Source of the DNA: Gammaproteobacteria bacterium
GTDB lineage: Bacteria > Pseudomonadota > Gammaproteobacteria > Natronospirales > JAJUFS01
Direction: 5' to 3'
NCBI GenBank assembly: GCA_033720895.1
Contig: JAWWBS010000001.1
Coordinates: 67,310 to 131,309, forward strand
Length of the DNA: 64,000 nt
Shown here: in pieces, positions 42,323-52,320 of the stretch
Numbering within the stretch: position 1 is the stretch's first letter
Layout: each line of letters opens with the position of its first letter
Notes under the pieces: generated by a model
Database searches by the model: none
What the model was told of the DNA's origin: nothing
The model's input: only the letters and a program-made list of their open reading frames with translations
Translations under genes and position numbers: made by a program

Positions 42323-42895
42323 TCAAGGCTTGGCCGCGTCCAGCAGGACATCGGTCGCGAACAAGGTGGCCCGGTAATGGGCCAGCTCGGCGATGGAATC
42401 CTTGATGTCATCCATGGCCAGGTGCGAGGAGTTCTTCTTGACGCCCTTCGCGACTTCCGGCGCCCAGCGGCTTGCCAGCTCCTTCAGCGTGCTGACATCA
42501 AGATTGCGGTAATGGAAATGGCGCTCCAGTGCCGGCATGCCGCGAACCAGGAAACGGCGATCCTGGCAGATGCTGTTGCCGCACATGGGCGACTTGCCGG
42601 CCGGTACCCACTCCGCGAGGAAAAGCAGGGTCTGGCGCTCGGCCTCCGCCAGGTCGATGGTGCTGTCCTTGACCCGTTGCGTCAGGCCCGAGCCACCATG
42701 CTGTCGGGTGTTCCATTCGTCCATCCCGGCGAGCACGTCGTCCGGCTGGTGGATGGCAAGCACCGGGCCCTCGGCCAGCACGTTCAGGTAGGCATCGGTC
42801 ACGATGGTGGCGATCTCGATGATGCGGTCGTTATCCGGATCGAGGCCGGTCATCTCCAGGTCGATCCAGATCAGGTTGTCCGCGCTCTGGGGCAT
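42323..42895 (-). CDS. orn: Oligoribonuclease
   Basis: [29 protein letters not shown] and the DEDDh motifs. Divergent from the rsgA side, as in E. coli. Confidence 0.95.
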   Translation of the reverse strand: MPQSADNLIWIDLEMTGLDPDNDRIIEIATIVTDAYLNVLAEGPVLAIHQPDDVLAGMDEWNTRQHGGSGLTQRVKDSTIDLAEAERQTLLFLAEWVPAGKSPMCGNSICQDRRFLVRGMPALERHFHYRNLDVSTLKELASRWAPEVAKGVKKNSSHLAMDDIKDSIAELAHYRATLFATDVLLDAAKP

Positions 42896-43054
42896 GCTCC
42901 CTCCATCATTGTTCTCAGTGGCTGCTTCAGGCCGGTCCGCGGCAAGTGCCCGGGTCGGCACAGCTTGCCGAGCATTCTAGCAGACGCTACCCTCCACCTT
43001 TCGAACTGCCGCGCCCGCGGCAGACCATCCGCATTACCCGGGATTCCGCCAACC

Positions 43055-44305
43055 ATGCATGCTTTCACCGTCCTGTTCCTGATCTTTCTCCTTGCTGGCC
43101 TGCTGATACGCCTGTGGCTGTCTGCTCGCCAGGTCGCCCACGTCAAGGCCCATCGCAATGCCGTACCGGCTGCGTTCGCCGACAGCATCAACCTGGAGCA
43201 GCATCAGAAAGCCGCCGATTACACCGTGGCCAAAGCAGCCCTGGGGCGCTGGGACCTGTTGCTGAGCACGATCATCCTGCTGGCGTTCACCCTTGGCGGC
43301 GGCATCAACCTCGTGGAAGCTGGACTGCCTGCCCTGTTTGGCGACCTCTCCGGCTACTGGCAGGGTATCGCCGTGGTGCTGGCCGTGCTGTTGATCAACA
43401 CGGTGCTGGAACTGCCCTTGTCGGCCTGGAGCACCTTTGTGGTCGAAGAACGATTTGGCTTCAATCGCATGACACCGGGCCTTTTCATTGCCGATACCGT
43501 GAAGGCCTTGCTGCTGATGGTCGCCATCGGCGCACCGCTGCTGTACGCAACGCTGTGGTTCATGCAGGCCACCGGCGCGCTGTGGTGGTTGTGGGTGTGG
43601 GCCCTGTGGATGGGCTTCAGCCTGGTGCTGACCTGGGCCTATCCGACCTTCATCGCACCGCTGTTCAACAGCTTTTCGGCGCTGGAGGACGGTGAACTCA
43701 AATCGCGCATCGAAGCACTGCTCGACCGCTGCGGCTTCAAGAGTTCGGGCATATTCGTGATGGATGGCTCGCGTCGTTCGGCCCACGGCAATGCCTATTT
43801 CACCGGCGTCGGCAAATCCAAGCGCATCGTGTTTTTCGACACCCTGATCGACGACCTCGACAACGACCAGATCGAGGCCGTGCTGGCGCATGAACTCGGG
43901 CACTTCAAGCGCAAGCACATCGTCAAGCGCCTGCTGGTCAGCGCCGTCACGACGCTGCTGGCACTGGCGCTGCTCGGCTGGCTCGTCGACGAGCCCTGGC
44001 TCTACTCCGCGCTAGGCATCGCCACACCATCGAATCATGCCGCCTTGCTCGTATTCCTGCTGGTATTGCCGGTGTTCACCTTCCCGCTGACGCCGTTGTC
44101 GGCGCGCTACTCGCGCAAGCACGAATTCGAAGCCGACGAGTTTGCTGCCGAGCAGGCCGACCCGAGGGCCCTGATCACGGCACTGGTTACCATGTACCGC
44201 GAGAATGCCAGCACCCTGACCCCCGACCCGCTGCACTCGGCGTTCTATGATTCACACCCGCCGGCACCCGTGCGTATCGAGCACCTGGCCAGGCTGTCCT
44301 CGTGA
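43055..44305 (+). CDS. M48 family (Ste24/HtpX-like) membrane zinc metalloprotease
   Basis: HELGHFKRKH zinc motif, multiple TM helices, N-terminal M48_N-like region. The ORF-track entry 41993-44305 is over-extended upstream. Confidence 0.92.
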   Translation: MHAFTVLFLIFLLAGLLIRLWLSARQVAHVKAHRNAVPAAFADSINLEQHQKAADYTVAKAALGRWDLLLSTIILLAFTLGGGINLVEAGLPALFGDLSGYWQGIAVVLAVLLINTVLELPLSAWSTFVVEERFGFNRMTPGLFIADTVKALLLMVAIGAPLLYATLWFMQATGALWWLWVWALWMGFSLVLTWAYPTFIAPLFNSFSALEDGELKSRIEALLDRCGFKSSGIFVMDGSRRSAHGNAYFTGVGKSKRIVFFDTLIDDLDNDQIEAVLAHELGHFKRKHIVKRLLVSAVTTLLALALLGWLVDEPWLYSALGIATPSNHAALLVFLLVLPVFTFPLTPLSARYSRKHEFEADEFAAEQADPRALITALVTMYRENASTLTPDPLHSAFYDSHPPAPVRIEHLARLSS

Positions 44306-45204
44306 GCAATGCTGTCGGCACGGTCATCGTCAACTACCGCCGACATGTCGATGTCGAGACGGCAGATGGCAGCGTTTTGCCCTGTGTGGTTCGCGGCCGA
44401 CAGCTGAAGCCGGTGAGCGGCGACCGGGTCGAGTACAGCCTGACCCAGCAGGACGAGGGCGTCATCGAGAACATCCTCGAGCGCGAAACCGTGCTGGAAC
44501 GATTCGACAGCTCCCGCAAGCGCTCCGCGCTGGCAGCCAACGTGGACCGCGTCCTGGTGGTGGTTGCACTCGAACCGATGCTGGAGTCCTTTACCGTCGA
44601 CAAGTACCTGGTGGCCGTCGAGGCCAGCGGTGCGGAGCCGGTCATCGTGATCAACAAGGTCGACCTGGCCGATGAGATGGTCATGGACTGGTTGCAGGAG
44701 TTCACCGAGGAGTATCGTGATATCGGTTACCCGAGCATCCTCCTGAGCACCGAGTCCGGCGAGGGCATGAAGGCACTGGAGGACGCACTGCAGAATCACA
44801 CCGCAGTGCTCGTGGGACCATCGGGCGTCGGCAAGTCGTCGATTGCCCAGCACCTGTTGCCCGACAACGACATCAAGGTCGGCGAAATCTCGGCAGCGCG
44901 ACAGGAAGGCCGGCACACGACCACCCGCTCCACGCTTTACCACCTGGCCAATGGCGGCCGGCTGATCGACTCTCCTGGCGTGCGCGAGTACCGCCTCTGG
45001 CCGATGCCGGTCAGGGAGCTTGCAGGACTGTTTCCGGAAATGCGCGAACGCGCCAACAACTGCAAGTTTGCCGACTGCGTGCATCGTGCCGAGCCGGGTT
45101 GCGCCGTGCGGGCCGCTGTCGATGCGGAAGAAATACTGTTGCGCCGCTACGAGGCGTATCTCGGCATGGCCGAGATCATGGACCGACAGTACAAGGAATA
45201 CTGA
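44302..45204 (+). CDS. rsgA: Ribosome small-subunit-dependent GTPase A
   Basis: NKVDL, VGPSGVGKSSI and the C-terminal Zn knuckle CKFADCVHRAEPGC. GTGA overlap with the upstream gene. Confidence 0.95.
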   Translation: MSNAVGTVIVNYRRHVDVETADGSVLPCVVRGRQLKPVSGDRVEYSLTQQDEGVIENILERETVLERFDSSRKRSALAANVDRVLVVVALEPMLESFTVDKYLVAVEASGAEPVIVINKVDLADEMVMDWLQEFTEEYRDIGYPSILLSTESGEGMKALEDALQNHTAVLVGPSGVGKSSIAQHLLPDNDIKVGEISAARQEGRHTTTRSTLYHLANGGRLIDSPGVREYRLWPMPVRELAGLFPEMRERANNCKFADCVHRAEPGCAVRAAVDAEEILLRRYEAYLGMAEIMDRQYKEY

Positions 45205-45213
45205 TCAGTCTCC

Positions 45214-45558
45214 TCAGCCTGGCGGCCAGTTCATCTTCCTGCCGCCAATCATGTGCAAGTGAATGTGGAACACGGTCTGCTGGGCATCACCGTTGCAGTT
45301 CATGACGCAGCGATAACCGCTGTCCGCAATGCCTTCCTGCTTTGCCACATCGGCTGCCGCCAGGTAAAGCTTGCCGACCAGCGCGTCATCATCGATGCCG
45401 ATGTCGTTGATCGTCGGAACATGCTTCTTCGGAATGACCAGCACGTGCGTCGGCGCTTGCGGATTGATGTCCCGGAACGCCATGACATCATCGTTCTCGT
45501 AAATGATGTCCGCCGGTATGTCTCCGACCACCATCTTGCAGAACAGGCAATCGCTCAT
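45214..45558 (-). CDS. HIT (histidine triad) family protein
   Basis: CLFCKMVVGDIPA and HIHLHMIGG. Confidence 0.93.
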   Translation of the reverse strand: MSDCLFCKMVVGDIPADIIYENDDVMAFRDINPQAPTHVLVIPKKHVPTINDIGIDDDALVGKLYLAAADVAKQEGIADSGYRCVMNCNGDAQQTVFHIHLHMIGGRKMNWPPG

Positions 45559-45602
45559 GGTACTAACCCCCTTTGCGCCTGCCTTGCCGGCAAGCCGCAC
45601 TA

Positions 45603-46202
45603 TCAACCGAAATCCAGCCTTCCCGTGAAAGCATGCGACAGCGTGCCACCATCAACATACTCCAGCTCGCCGCCGATCGGAACGCCATGTGCAATGCGCG
45701 TGACCTTCATGCCGCGATCCCGGGCCAGGTTGCCAATGTAATGCGCCGTGGCCTCGCCCTCGATGGTGGGATTGGTCGCCAGGATGACTTCAGTGACCTC
45801 GCCTTCATCCAGCCGGGCTTCGAAGCGATCCAGGCCCAGCTCTTCGGGACCGATGCCGTCCAGCGGTGACAGCTTGCCCATCAACACGAAATAAAGACCG
45901 CGGTAGCCGGTGTACTGCTCTACCGCCATGACATCGGCAGGTGTTTCGACCACACAGATCAACGACTCGTCACGATTCTTCGCCGCACAGATGCCACACA
46001 GTTCGTCATCGCTCAGCATCCGACAGCGAACGCAGTGCTGGACGTTCTCGGCCGCATCGGCAAGCGCCGCTGCCAGCCGCTGGGCGCCGTCACGATCACG
46101 CTCCAGCAGCGAGAACGCGATGCGCTGTGCCGACTTGGGGCCGACCCCTTGCAGCGCCCGCAGTGCTTCGATCAGGGTCTCAACGCGCCGTGAGTAAGCC
46201 AT
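45603..46202 (-). CDS. recR: Recombination protein RecR
   Basis: [14 protein letters not shown]-type HhH, C4 zinc finger CVRC...CGIC and Toprim region. Confidence 0.97.
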   Translation of the reverse strand: MAYSRRVETLIEALRALQGVGPKSAQRIAFSLLERDRDGAQRLAAALADAAENVQHCVRCRMLSDDELCGICAAKNRDESLICVVETPADVMAVEQYTGYRGLYFVLMGKLSPLDGIGPEELGLDRFEARLDEGEVTEVILATNPTIEGEATAHYIGNLARDRGMKVTRIAHGVPIGGELEYVDGGTLSHAFTGRLDFG

Positions 46203-46226
46203 TTCGAACCAACCTCTCGTGATCGA

Positions 46227-46553
46227 TCAGAACGGCATCTTGAAGCCGGGCGGCAGGCCACCCATGCCGGCGGTAAGGCCGGACATGTGCTCCTGGGTCA
46301 GTTCCTCGACCCGGCGCACGGCATCATTGATCGCTGCGGCAACGAGATCCTCGACCATGTCGGGATCGTCCTCCAGCACGGCCGGATCGATTTCGACCCG
46401 CTTCACCTCGTGCTTGCCGGTCATCGTGACCTTGACCATGCCGCCGCCAGCCGCACCCTCGACCTCGAGACGCGCGATTTCTTCCTGGGCCTTCTTCATG
46501 CCCTCCTGCATCTTCTGGGCCTGTTTCATCAGGTTGCCCAATCCGCCTTTCAT
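46227..46553 (-). CDS. ybaB: YbaB/EbfC nucleoid-associated protein
   Basis: [20 protein letters not shown]...VKVTMTG. Sits between dnaX and recR. Confidence 0.96.
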   Translation of the reverse strand: MKGGLGNLMKQAQKMQEGMKKAQEEIARLEVEGAAGGGMVKVTMTGKHEVKRVEIDPAVLEDDPDMVEDLVAAAINDAVRRVEELTQEHMSGLTAGMGGLPPGFKMPF

Positions 46554-46583
46554 TGCCTTCTCCTGTCGCTTCTGGCCGGACGA

Positions 46584-48248
46584 TCAGTCCAGCGGTGCAA
46601 TCGTGTCTTCCTTCAGTGCCGCGCCGAATGTCTCGCGCAGTTCATTGACGGTCGGGTCGACCTCCAGCGAACGCTTTGCCTGCGCCAGGCGTTCGGCCTG
46701 GCGCCGTGCATCGCGCTGCGCCGGCGTCTCGCCGTCCGGCTCTTTCAAATCGATCTGGATCTTCAGCTTCTCGCCATAAAAGCGGGACAGCGACTCCTCG
46801 ATACGCTCCTGCAGTCGCCCGCTGACCAGCTGGCCATGCTGCTCTGCCAGCTCCAGGTGCAAGGTATTGCCCTCGCGATGCGAATACACGCAGTTCATGG
46901 CGAGCTGCTGCGCCACGCCGGTCATGCCCAGCGCATCGACCAAGCCATGCCAGTCGGGATCCTTCCAGTTGCCGCCCGATGCCGGCGGCGTCACCGAAGT
47001 CGCGGGCGCCGGCTCCACTGCCGCGCTCGCAACATCCGTCACGGGCGCAACACTCCCGCCGGCAGAACCCGTCTCGCTGGCTGCCCCGCCGGCACTGTCC
47101 TTGTTGGCCGGCCGCGCTACCGGCGCGACCGGCTCAGCTTTTTTTGCCGTTGCTTCCCCGCTGTCCACCAACGGCCGGAAGGCCAGCAAGCGCAACAGCA
47201 ACATTTCGAATGCACTGCGACCATCGCTGGCTGCTGCAACATCGCTCATGCTCTTCACGACGATCTGGTAATACAACTGCACATCTTCCGGCGCCATGGC
47301 CTCCGCCAGGGGCGAAAGTCTCGCAAGATCTTCCCAATCCTCGGTGCCCTTGGGCACGATCTGCAGACGGGCAAGGCGTTGCAACAACACTGCCAGCTCC
47401 TCGGCGACCAGCTTGTAATCCGGCGCCTGGGTATCAAGGTCGGCCACGACCTCCAGGGCACGTGCGCCATCGCCAGCGGCAATCGCATCAAGTACGTCGA
47501 AAAGCTGGCTGCGATCGATGGTACCCAGCATGCTGCGCACCTCGGCATCCCGCAATTCGCCACCGGCAAAACCGATCGCCTGATCCATCAGGCTCAGCGC
47601 ATCGCGCATGCTGCCCTCGGCGGCCCGGGCCAGCAGGTTCACCGCCGATTCATCCCGTTCGATGCCTTCCTGGCCCAGCACGTTTTCAAGATGATCGGCA
47701 ATCATCTGCATCGGAATGCGCTTCAGGCTGAACTGCAGGCAGCGCGACAGCACCGTTACCGGCATCTTCTGCGGGTCGGTGGTCGCAAACAGGAATTTCA
47801 CGTGCGGCGGCGGTTCTTCCAGCGTCTTCAACAGGGCGTTGAAGGAATTGGGCGAGAGCATGTGCACTTCGTCGATCAGGTAGACCTTGTAACGGCCCCG
47901 GGTCGGCGCGTACTGCACGTTGTCCAGCAATTCGCGGGTGTCATCCACCTTGGTACGCGACGCCGCGTCCACCTCGATCAGGTCCACGAAACGACCCTGG
48001 TCGATTTCCTGGCAGGCAGAACACTCGCCGCACGGCGTGGAACTGACCCCGGTTTCGCAATTCAGCGACTTGGCGAGAATGCGGGCAATGGTGGTCTTGC
48101 CCACGCCGCGGGTGCCGGTAAAGAGGAACGCATGGTGAAGTCGGTCGGAATCCAGCGCATTGATCAGGGCGCGCAGGACATGCTCCTGGCCGACCATTTC
48201 CGAGAAGTTCCTGGGTCGGTATTTTCGGGCGAGTGCCTGGTAGCTCAT
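46584..48248 (-). CDS. dnaX: DNA polymerase III subunits tau/gamma
   Basis: YRPRNFSEMVGQEHV, GTRGVGKTT, zinc module CGECSACQ, SRC motif. Confidence 0.97.
   Translation of the reverse strand: MSYQALARKYRPRNFSEMVGQEHVLRALINALDSDRLHHAFLFTGTRGVGKTTIARILAKSLNCETGVSSTPCGECSACQEIDQGRFVDLIEVDAASRTKVDDTRELLDNVQYAPTRGRYKVYLIDEVHMLSPNSFNALLKTLEEPPPHVKFLFATTDPQKMPVTVLSRCLQFSLKRIPMQMIADHLENVLGQEGIERDESAVNLLARAAEGSMRDALSLMDQAIGFAGGELRDAEVRSMLGTIDRSQLFDVLDAIAAGDGARALEVVADLDTQAPDYKLVAEELAVLLQRLARLQIVPKGTEDWEDLARLSPLAEAMAPEDVQLYYQIVVKSMSDVAAASDGRSAFEMLLLRLLAFRPLVDSGEATAKKAEPVAPVARPANKDSAGGAASETGSAGGSVAPVTDVASAAVEPAPATSVTPPASGGNWKDPDWHGLVDALGMTGVAQQLAMNCVYSHREGNTLHLELAEQHGQLVSGRLQERIEESLSRFYGEKLKIQIDLKEPDGETPAQRDARRQAERLAQAKRSLEVDPTVNELRETFGAALKEDTIAPLD
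47107..47159 (-). promoter_or_regulatory. dnaX programmed -1 ribosomal frameshift signal (slippery A AAA AAA, -1 frame UGA, downstream stem-loop)
   Basis: Minus strand reads GGGGAAGCAACGGCAAAAAAAGCUGA then GCCGGUCGCGC-CGGUA-GCGCGGCCGGC (11-bp stem). The -1 frame reads AAA AAA AGC UGA. Confidence 0.7.
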
Positions 48249-48354
48249 GGTGTCCGGGATCGTGTTGGCGAAGACACGAGATTATCACAGCGGATCGCCC
48301 GGGCGGTCAGGCCGGCATGCAATTGGCGTGTATTTGGGCAGCTGCGGGAAGCGG

Positions 48355-48470
<116 letters not shown>

Positions 48471-48554
48471 ATTGAAACCGGCTGGCGAACGCCCGGCTCG
48501 AAGCCGGCCAATCACGCCGGAACGTCGAACCATCGCGTTCATATCTTGGAAACG

Positions 48555-48580
48555 ACACTGCCCCCAGCGGGGGCAGTGTC
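48555..48580 (-). terminator. Hairpin downstream of tRNA-Ser
   Basis: GACACTGCCCCC-AGC-GGGGGCAGTGTC perfect 12-bp stem. The T-run is weak. Confidence 0.55.
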
Positions 48581-48592
48581 ATTTCCTGGTCT

Positions 48593-48683
<91 letters not shown>

Positions 48684-48780
48684 TGAATTCTTCCAGGGCC
48701 GCCGAATCATCAACCGGGGCCCCGTCCGAAGGGCGGCAAAGATACCCGAAGCGCCGCCCCGGCGCAATGTGCAGGCGATA

Positions 48781-49080
48781 TCAGCCCTGCTCGCTGTTTG
48801 CCTGTTCCACCTTGTCCAGCGCTTCTTTCGGCAATGTCTGCGGCGGCTCGACCAGGCAACCCTTGACGGCATAGCGCTCGCCGGCCGGAATCCGGTATTC
48901 GCCCGAATCCGGCAGCCCTGTCACGCCGGCTGGAATGGTCAGGGGGCTGGCCTCTTGCACCAGCTGGTGCGGCAGCACATCTTCACAGCGATTGGTGGCG
49001 CAGCCTGCGGCCAGCATGGGCAGGCCAGCCAGCAACAGGATGACTCGGGATCGGATCATGTGGTTCATGAATACCTTCAT
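48781..49080 (-). CDS. Small lipoprotein resembling only the N-terminal BamD-binding segment of BamC
   Basis: Lipobox LAAGC. PLTIPAGVTGLPDSGEYRIP...VEPPQ parallels E. coli BamC [19 protein letters not shown]...IRPPAQ (from memory). It lies directly downstream of dapA, as bamC does in E. coli. The start may be the internal Met at 49068 or 49059. Confidence 0.6.
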   Translation of the reverse strand: MKVFMNHMIRSRVILLLAGLPMLAAGCATNRCEDVLPHQLVQEASPLTIPAGVTGLPDSGEYRIPAGERYAVKGCLVEPPQTLPKEALDKVEQANSEQG

Positions 49081-49097
49081 ATCGATTAAGTAAAAAT

Positions 49098-49976
49098 TCA
49101 GGATCGGATGTTCGCCTGGGCCAGCGCCGCGGTGACTCTGTCATGGGCACTTTCAGCCAGTGGCGTCAGCGGCAGGCGAATACCAGGACCAATGCGGCCC
49201 ATCCGCCAGAGCGCCCATTTTACCGGAATCGGGTTGGCCTCGACGAACAAATCTCGGTGCAGCGCAGCGAGCGGCTGGTCTGCCTGGTGGGCCGCCTCGG
49301 CATCGCCGGAGAGCGCCAGGCGGCACATTTCCGCAAAGCCTTCCGGCGCCACGTTGGCTGTCACCGAGATGACACCGTCCCCGCCCTGCAGCATGAAATC
49401 GCAAGCGGTGGCATCGTCACCGGACAACAGGCAGAAATCCTCGCCACAGCGACGTCGAATGTCTTTCATCCGCTCGATGTCGCCAGTTGCCTCCTTGATA
49501 CCGACGACGTTGGGCAGCGCCGCGAGTCGCTCGACCGTCTCGGGCAGCAGGTCGGCTACCGTGCGCCCCGGTACGTTGTAAAGCAGCTGCGGCTTGTCGA
49601 CCGCGTCGGCGATGGTCTTGAAATGCCGGTAGAGCCCTTCCTGGGGCGGCTTGTTGTAATACGGCACCACCAGGAGGAAGCCAGCAACATCCAGGCGGGA
49701 GACCTCCCGGGTCAGGTGCAGCGTCTGGGCGGTCGAATTCGACCCGGTGCCGGCGATCACCGGAATGCGGCCCGCCGCCAGTTCGACACAGCGGCGGATG
49801 TAGTCGACATGCTCGCTGGTTTCCAGGGTGGGCGACTCGCCCGTCGTGCCCGCCGCGACGATGGCGCTGGTGCCCGCCGCGACATGCCAGTCGATCAGCC
49901 CCGCAAGGGCCTCGTCATCGATCCGGTCCTGCTCGTCAAATGGCGTGACCAGCGCCACCAGGCTGCCCTTGAACAT
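49098..49976 (-). CDS. dapA: 4-hydroxy-tetrahydrodipicolinate synthase
   Basis: MFKGSLVALVTPF..., GTTGESPTL, YNVPGRT. The ORF-track entry is over-extended upstream. Confidence 0.96.
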   Translation of the reverse strand: MFKGSLVALVTPFDEQDRIDDEALAGLIDWHVAAGTSAIVAAGTTGESPTLETSEHVDYIRRCVELAAGRIPVIAGTGSNSTAQTLHLTREVSRLDVAGFLLVVPYYNKPPQEGLYRHFKTIADAVDKPQLLYNVPGRTVADLLPETVERLAALPNVVGIKEATGDIERMKDIRRRCGEDFCLLSGDDATACDFMLQGGDGVISVTANVAPEGFAEMCRLALSGDAEAAHQADQPLAALHRDLFVEANPIPVKWALWRMGRIGPGIRLPLTPLAESAHDRVTAALAQANIRS

Positions 49977-50355
49977 CGCTCTCACTCCTCCGGACTGCGC
50001 GGACCGGGAATGCCAAAAGACGCATGGTAGGAGGGTAAGCCGGTGGCAACAAGGAGCAAGGTCGGCTATTGCGCAAGTTTTCCGCAATTCGCAGGAAGTG
50101 CTTGCCAATCCGCCCCACAGCGATACACTGGCCCCAAGTTCCGAAAAAGCAGTCATGCTTTTTGCCAATGGGGATGACACTGCAAGGCAACGCCGAACAA
50201 CTGCCGACCAGACTTTTGCCGGAGCCTCCCGGGCTCGACACGGCAAGCGCCCCATCCACCCTCGGATTCACCCATTCCTCGAGCAAGCCCTCGGGTCGCG
50301 CAGCCGTGCGCCTTGCGTCGATTCCAAGCGATGATACAGCCAGGAGAACCTACTC

Positions 50356-50823
50356 ATGAGCCAGGCAGTCGTGGGCAAGAAAGTGCCCGCCTTCAAGGCC
50401 GAAGCCACCGGTGACCAGACGCTCAAGTTGAGCGACTTCAAGGGCAGCAAGCTGGTGATCTACTTCTATCCGAAGGACTCCACCCCGGGCTGCACCCTCG
50501 AAGGACAGGATTTCAGGGACAACTACCGCAAGTTCCGCGCCCGCAAGACCCACATCCTGGGCGTATCCCGCGATTCGGTGAAGTCGCACGAGAATTTCAA
50601 GGCCAAGCAGGGCTTCCAGTTCGAACTGCTGTCCGATCCGGACGAAGCACTCTGCCAGCTGTTCGACGTGATCAAGGAAAAGAACATGTATGGCAAGAAG
50701 GTCATGGGCATCGAGCGTTCGACGTTCCTGATCGACGAAAAAGGAGTGCTGCGCAAGGAGTGGCGCAAGGTGAAAGTCAAAGGCCATGTCGAGGAGGTGC
50801 TGGAGGCGATCAAGGAACTCTGA
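50356..50823 (+). CDS. bcp: Thioredoxin-dependent thiol peroxidase (peroxiredoxin Bcp)
   Basis: YFYPKDSTPGCT active-site motif. 155 aa. Confidence 0.95.
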   Translation: MSQAVVGKKVPAFKAEATGDQTLKLSDFKGSKLVIYFYPKDSTPGCTLEGQDFRDNYRKFRARKTHILGVSRDSVKSHENFKAKQGFQFELLSDPDEALCQLFDVIKEKNMYGKKVMGIERSTFLIDEKGVLRKEWRKVKVKGHVEEVLEAIKEL

Positions 50824-50872
50824 GCAGGGCAAGACCAGCGTTACCTATCGAAGCTGAACGGGGAACACGCGA

Positions 50873-52294
50873 GTGACCAAGAAAACAGCAACGCGAGACC
50901 AGAACAGGCTGTTCGTGCTCGACACCAATGTGCTGATGCACGATCCCAGCGCCATCTTCCGCTTCCAGGAGCACGACATCTTCATTCCGATGGTCGTGCT
51001 GGAGGAACTCGACAATGGCAAGAAAGGCATGTCGGAAGCTGCCCGCAATGTCCGCCAGGTGTCCCGTTTCCTGGACGAGATGATGCAGGGCATCAGCGCC
51101 GAGCAGATCGACGCCGGCCTGCCGATTCCGGGCGTGCATGGCAACCTCGGCTCCGCCGCTGCGGAGCTCGGCCGGCTGTTTTTCCAGACGAGGCCCCTGC
51201 CCTCTCTACTGCCCGACACCCTGCCCGGCAACAAGCCGGACAACACCATCCTTGGTACGACGCTGGCCTTGCAGAAAGAGAACCCCGATCGCCAGGTCGT
51301 GCTGGTTTCCAAGGACATCAACCTGCGCATCAAGGCGGCCGTGGTCGGCATTACCGCGGAGGACTACTTCAATGACCGCACGGTCGACGATGTCGACCTG
51401 CTGTTCACCGGCGTCGAGACCCTGGAACGCGATTTCTGGGAACAACACAGCCAGGACATGGAATCCTGGCAGGAGCGCGGCAAGACCCTCTACCGCATTC
51501 ACGGACCCAGCATCGAAACCTGGTATCCGAACCAGTGCCTGGTCATCGATGGTGACCAGCCGCTGGAAGCACGCGTGGTACAGAAGGATACCGATGGCGC
51601 GGTGATCGAGACGCTGCGCGACTATCGCTCCCAGCGAAACCCGGTGTGGGGCATCAATGCCCGCAATCGCGAGCAGAACTTCGCCCTCAACCTGCTGATG
51701 GACCCGGAGGTGGATTTCGTCTCGCTGCTCGGTGTGGCGGGTACCGGCAAGACACTGCTGACGCTCGCTGCAGGACTGGCGCAGACACTGGAAAACAACC
51801 TGTACCAGGAAATCATCATGACCCGCGTCACGGTGCCCCTGGGCGAGGACATCGGTTTCCTCCCAGGCACCGAAGAAGAAAAGATGACGCCGTGGATGGG
51901 CGCCCTGATGGACAACCTCGAGGTATTGACCAAATCCGAGGACGGTGGCGAATGGGGGCGTGCGGCAACCAACGACCTGCTTCGCTCACGCATCAAGATC
52001 CGCTCGATGAACTTCATGCGCGGCCGCACCTTTCTCAGCCGCTACATCATCCTGGACGAGGCGCAGAACCTCACGCCCAAGCAGATGCGTGCCCTGATCA
52101 CGCGTGCAGGGCCAGGCACCAAGATTGTCTGTCTCGGCAATGTCGCGCAGATCGACACGCCCTACCTCACCGAAACCACCTCAGGCCTGACCTACGTGGT
52201 GGACCGCTTCAAGAACTGGGGACACTCGGGACACATCACCCTGCTGCGCGGCGAACGCTCGCGACTGGCTGATTACGCAACCGAGATTCTCTGA
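50873..52294 (+). CDS. PhoH2-type protein (N-terminal PIN domain fused to PhoH-like ATPase)
   Basis: PIN start LFVLDTNVLMHDP, Walker A GVAGTGKTLL, Walker B YIILDEAQN. GTG start. Confidence 0.92.
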   Translation: MTKKTATRDQNRLFVLDTNVLMHDPSAIFRFQEHDIFIPMVVLEELDNGKKGMSEAARNVRQVSRFLDEMMQGISAEQIDAGLPIPGVHGNLGSAAAELGRLFFQTRPLPSLLPDTLPGNKPDNTILGTTLALQKENPDRQVVLVSKDINLRIKAAVVGITAEDYFNDRTVDDVDLLFTGVETLERDFWEQHSQDMESWQERGKTLYRIHGPSIETWYPNQCLVIDGDQPLEARVVQKDTDGAVIETLRDYRSQRNPVWGINARNREQNFALNLLMDPEVDFVSLLGVAGTGKTLLTLAAGLAQTLENNLYQEIIMTRVTVPLGEDIGFLPGTEEEKMTPWMGALMDNLEVLTKSEDGGEWGRAATNDLLRSRIKIRSMNFMRGRTFLSRYIILDEAQNLTPKQMRALITRAGPGTKIVCLGNVAQIDTPYLTETTSGLTYVVDRFKNWGHSGHITLLRGERSRLADYATEIL

Positions 52295-52320
52295 ATCGAC
52301 CGGCAGGCGACAGCGGGGCC

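Noticed and set aside
41993-43054. N-terminal 354 codons of the 770-aa ORF 41993-44305
   Set aside because: This part runs antisense through the DUF938 and orn genes and has no protein-like features. The recognisable M48 protease begins at the ATG at 43055 (MHAFTVLFLIFLLAGLL...).
50873-52294. PhoH2 (PIN-PhoH) as a toxin-antitoxin-like module
   Set aside because: In mycobacteria a small upstream phoAT ORF accompanies PhoH2. Here the upstream gene is bcp, 49 nt away, with no small ORF in between. The protein is a widespread single-gene family, so there is nothing unusual in this context.
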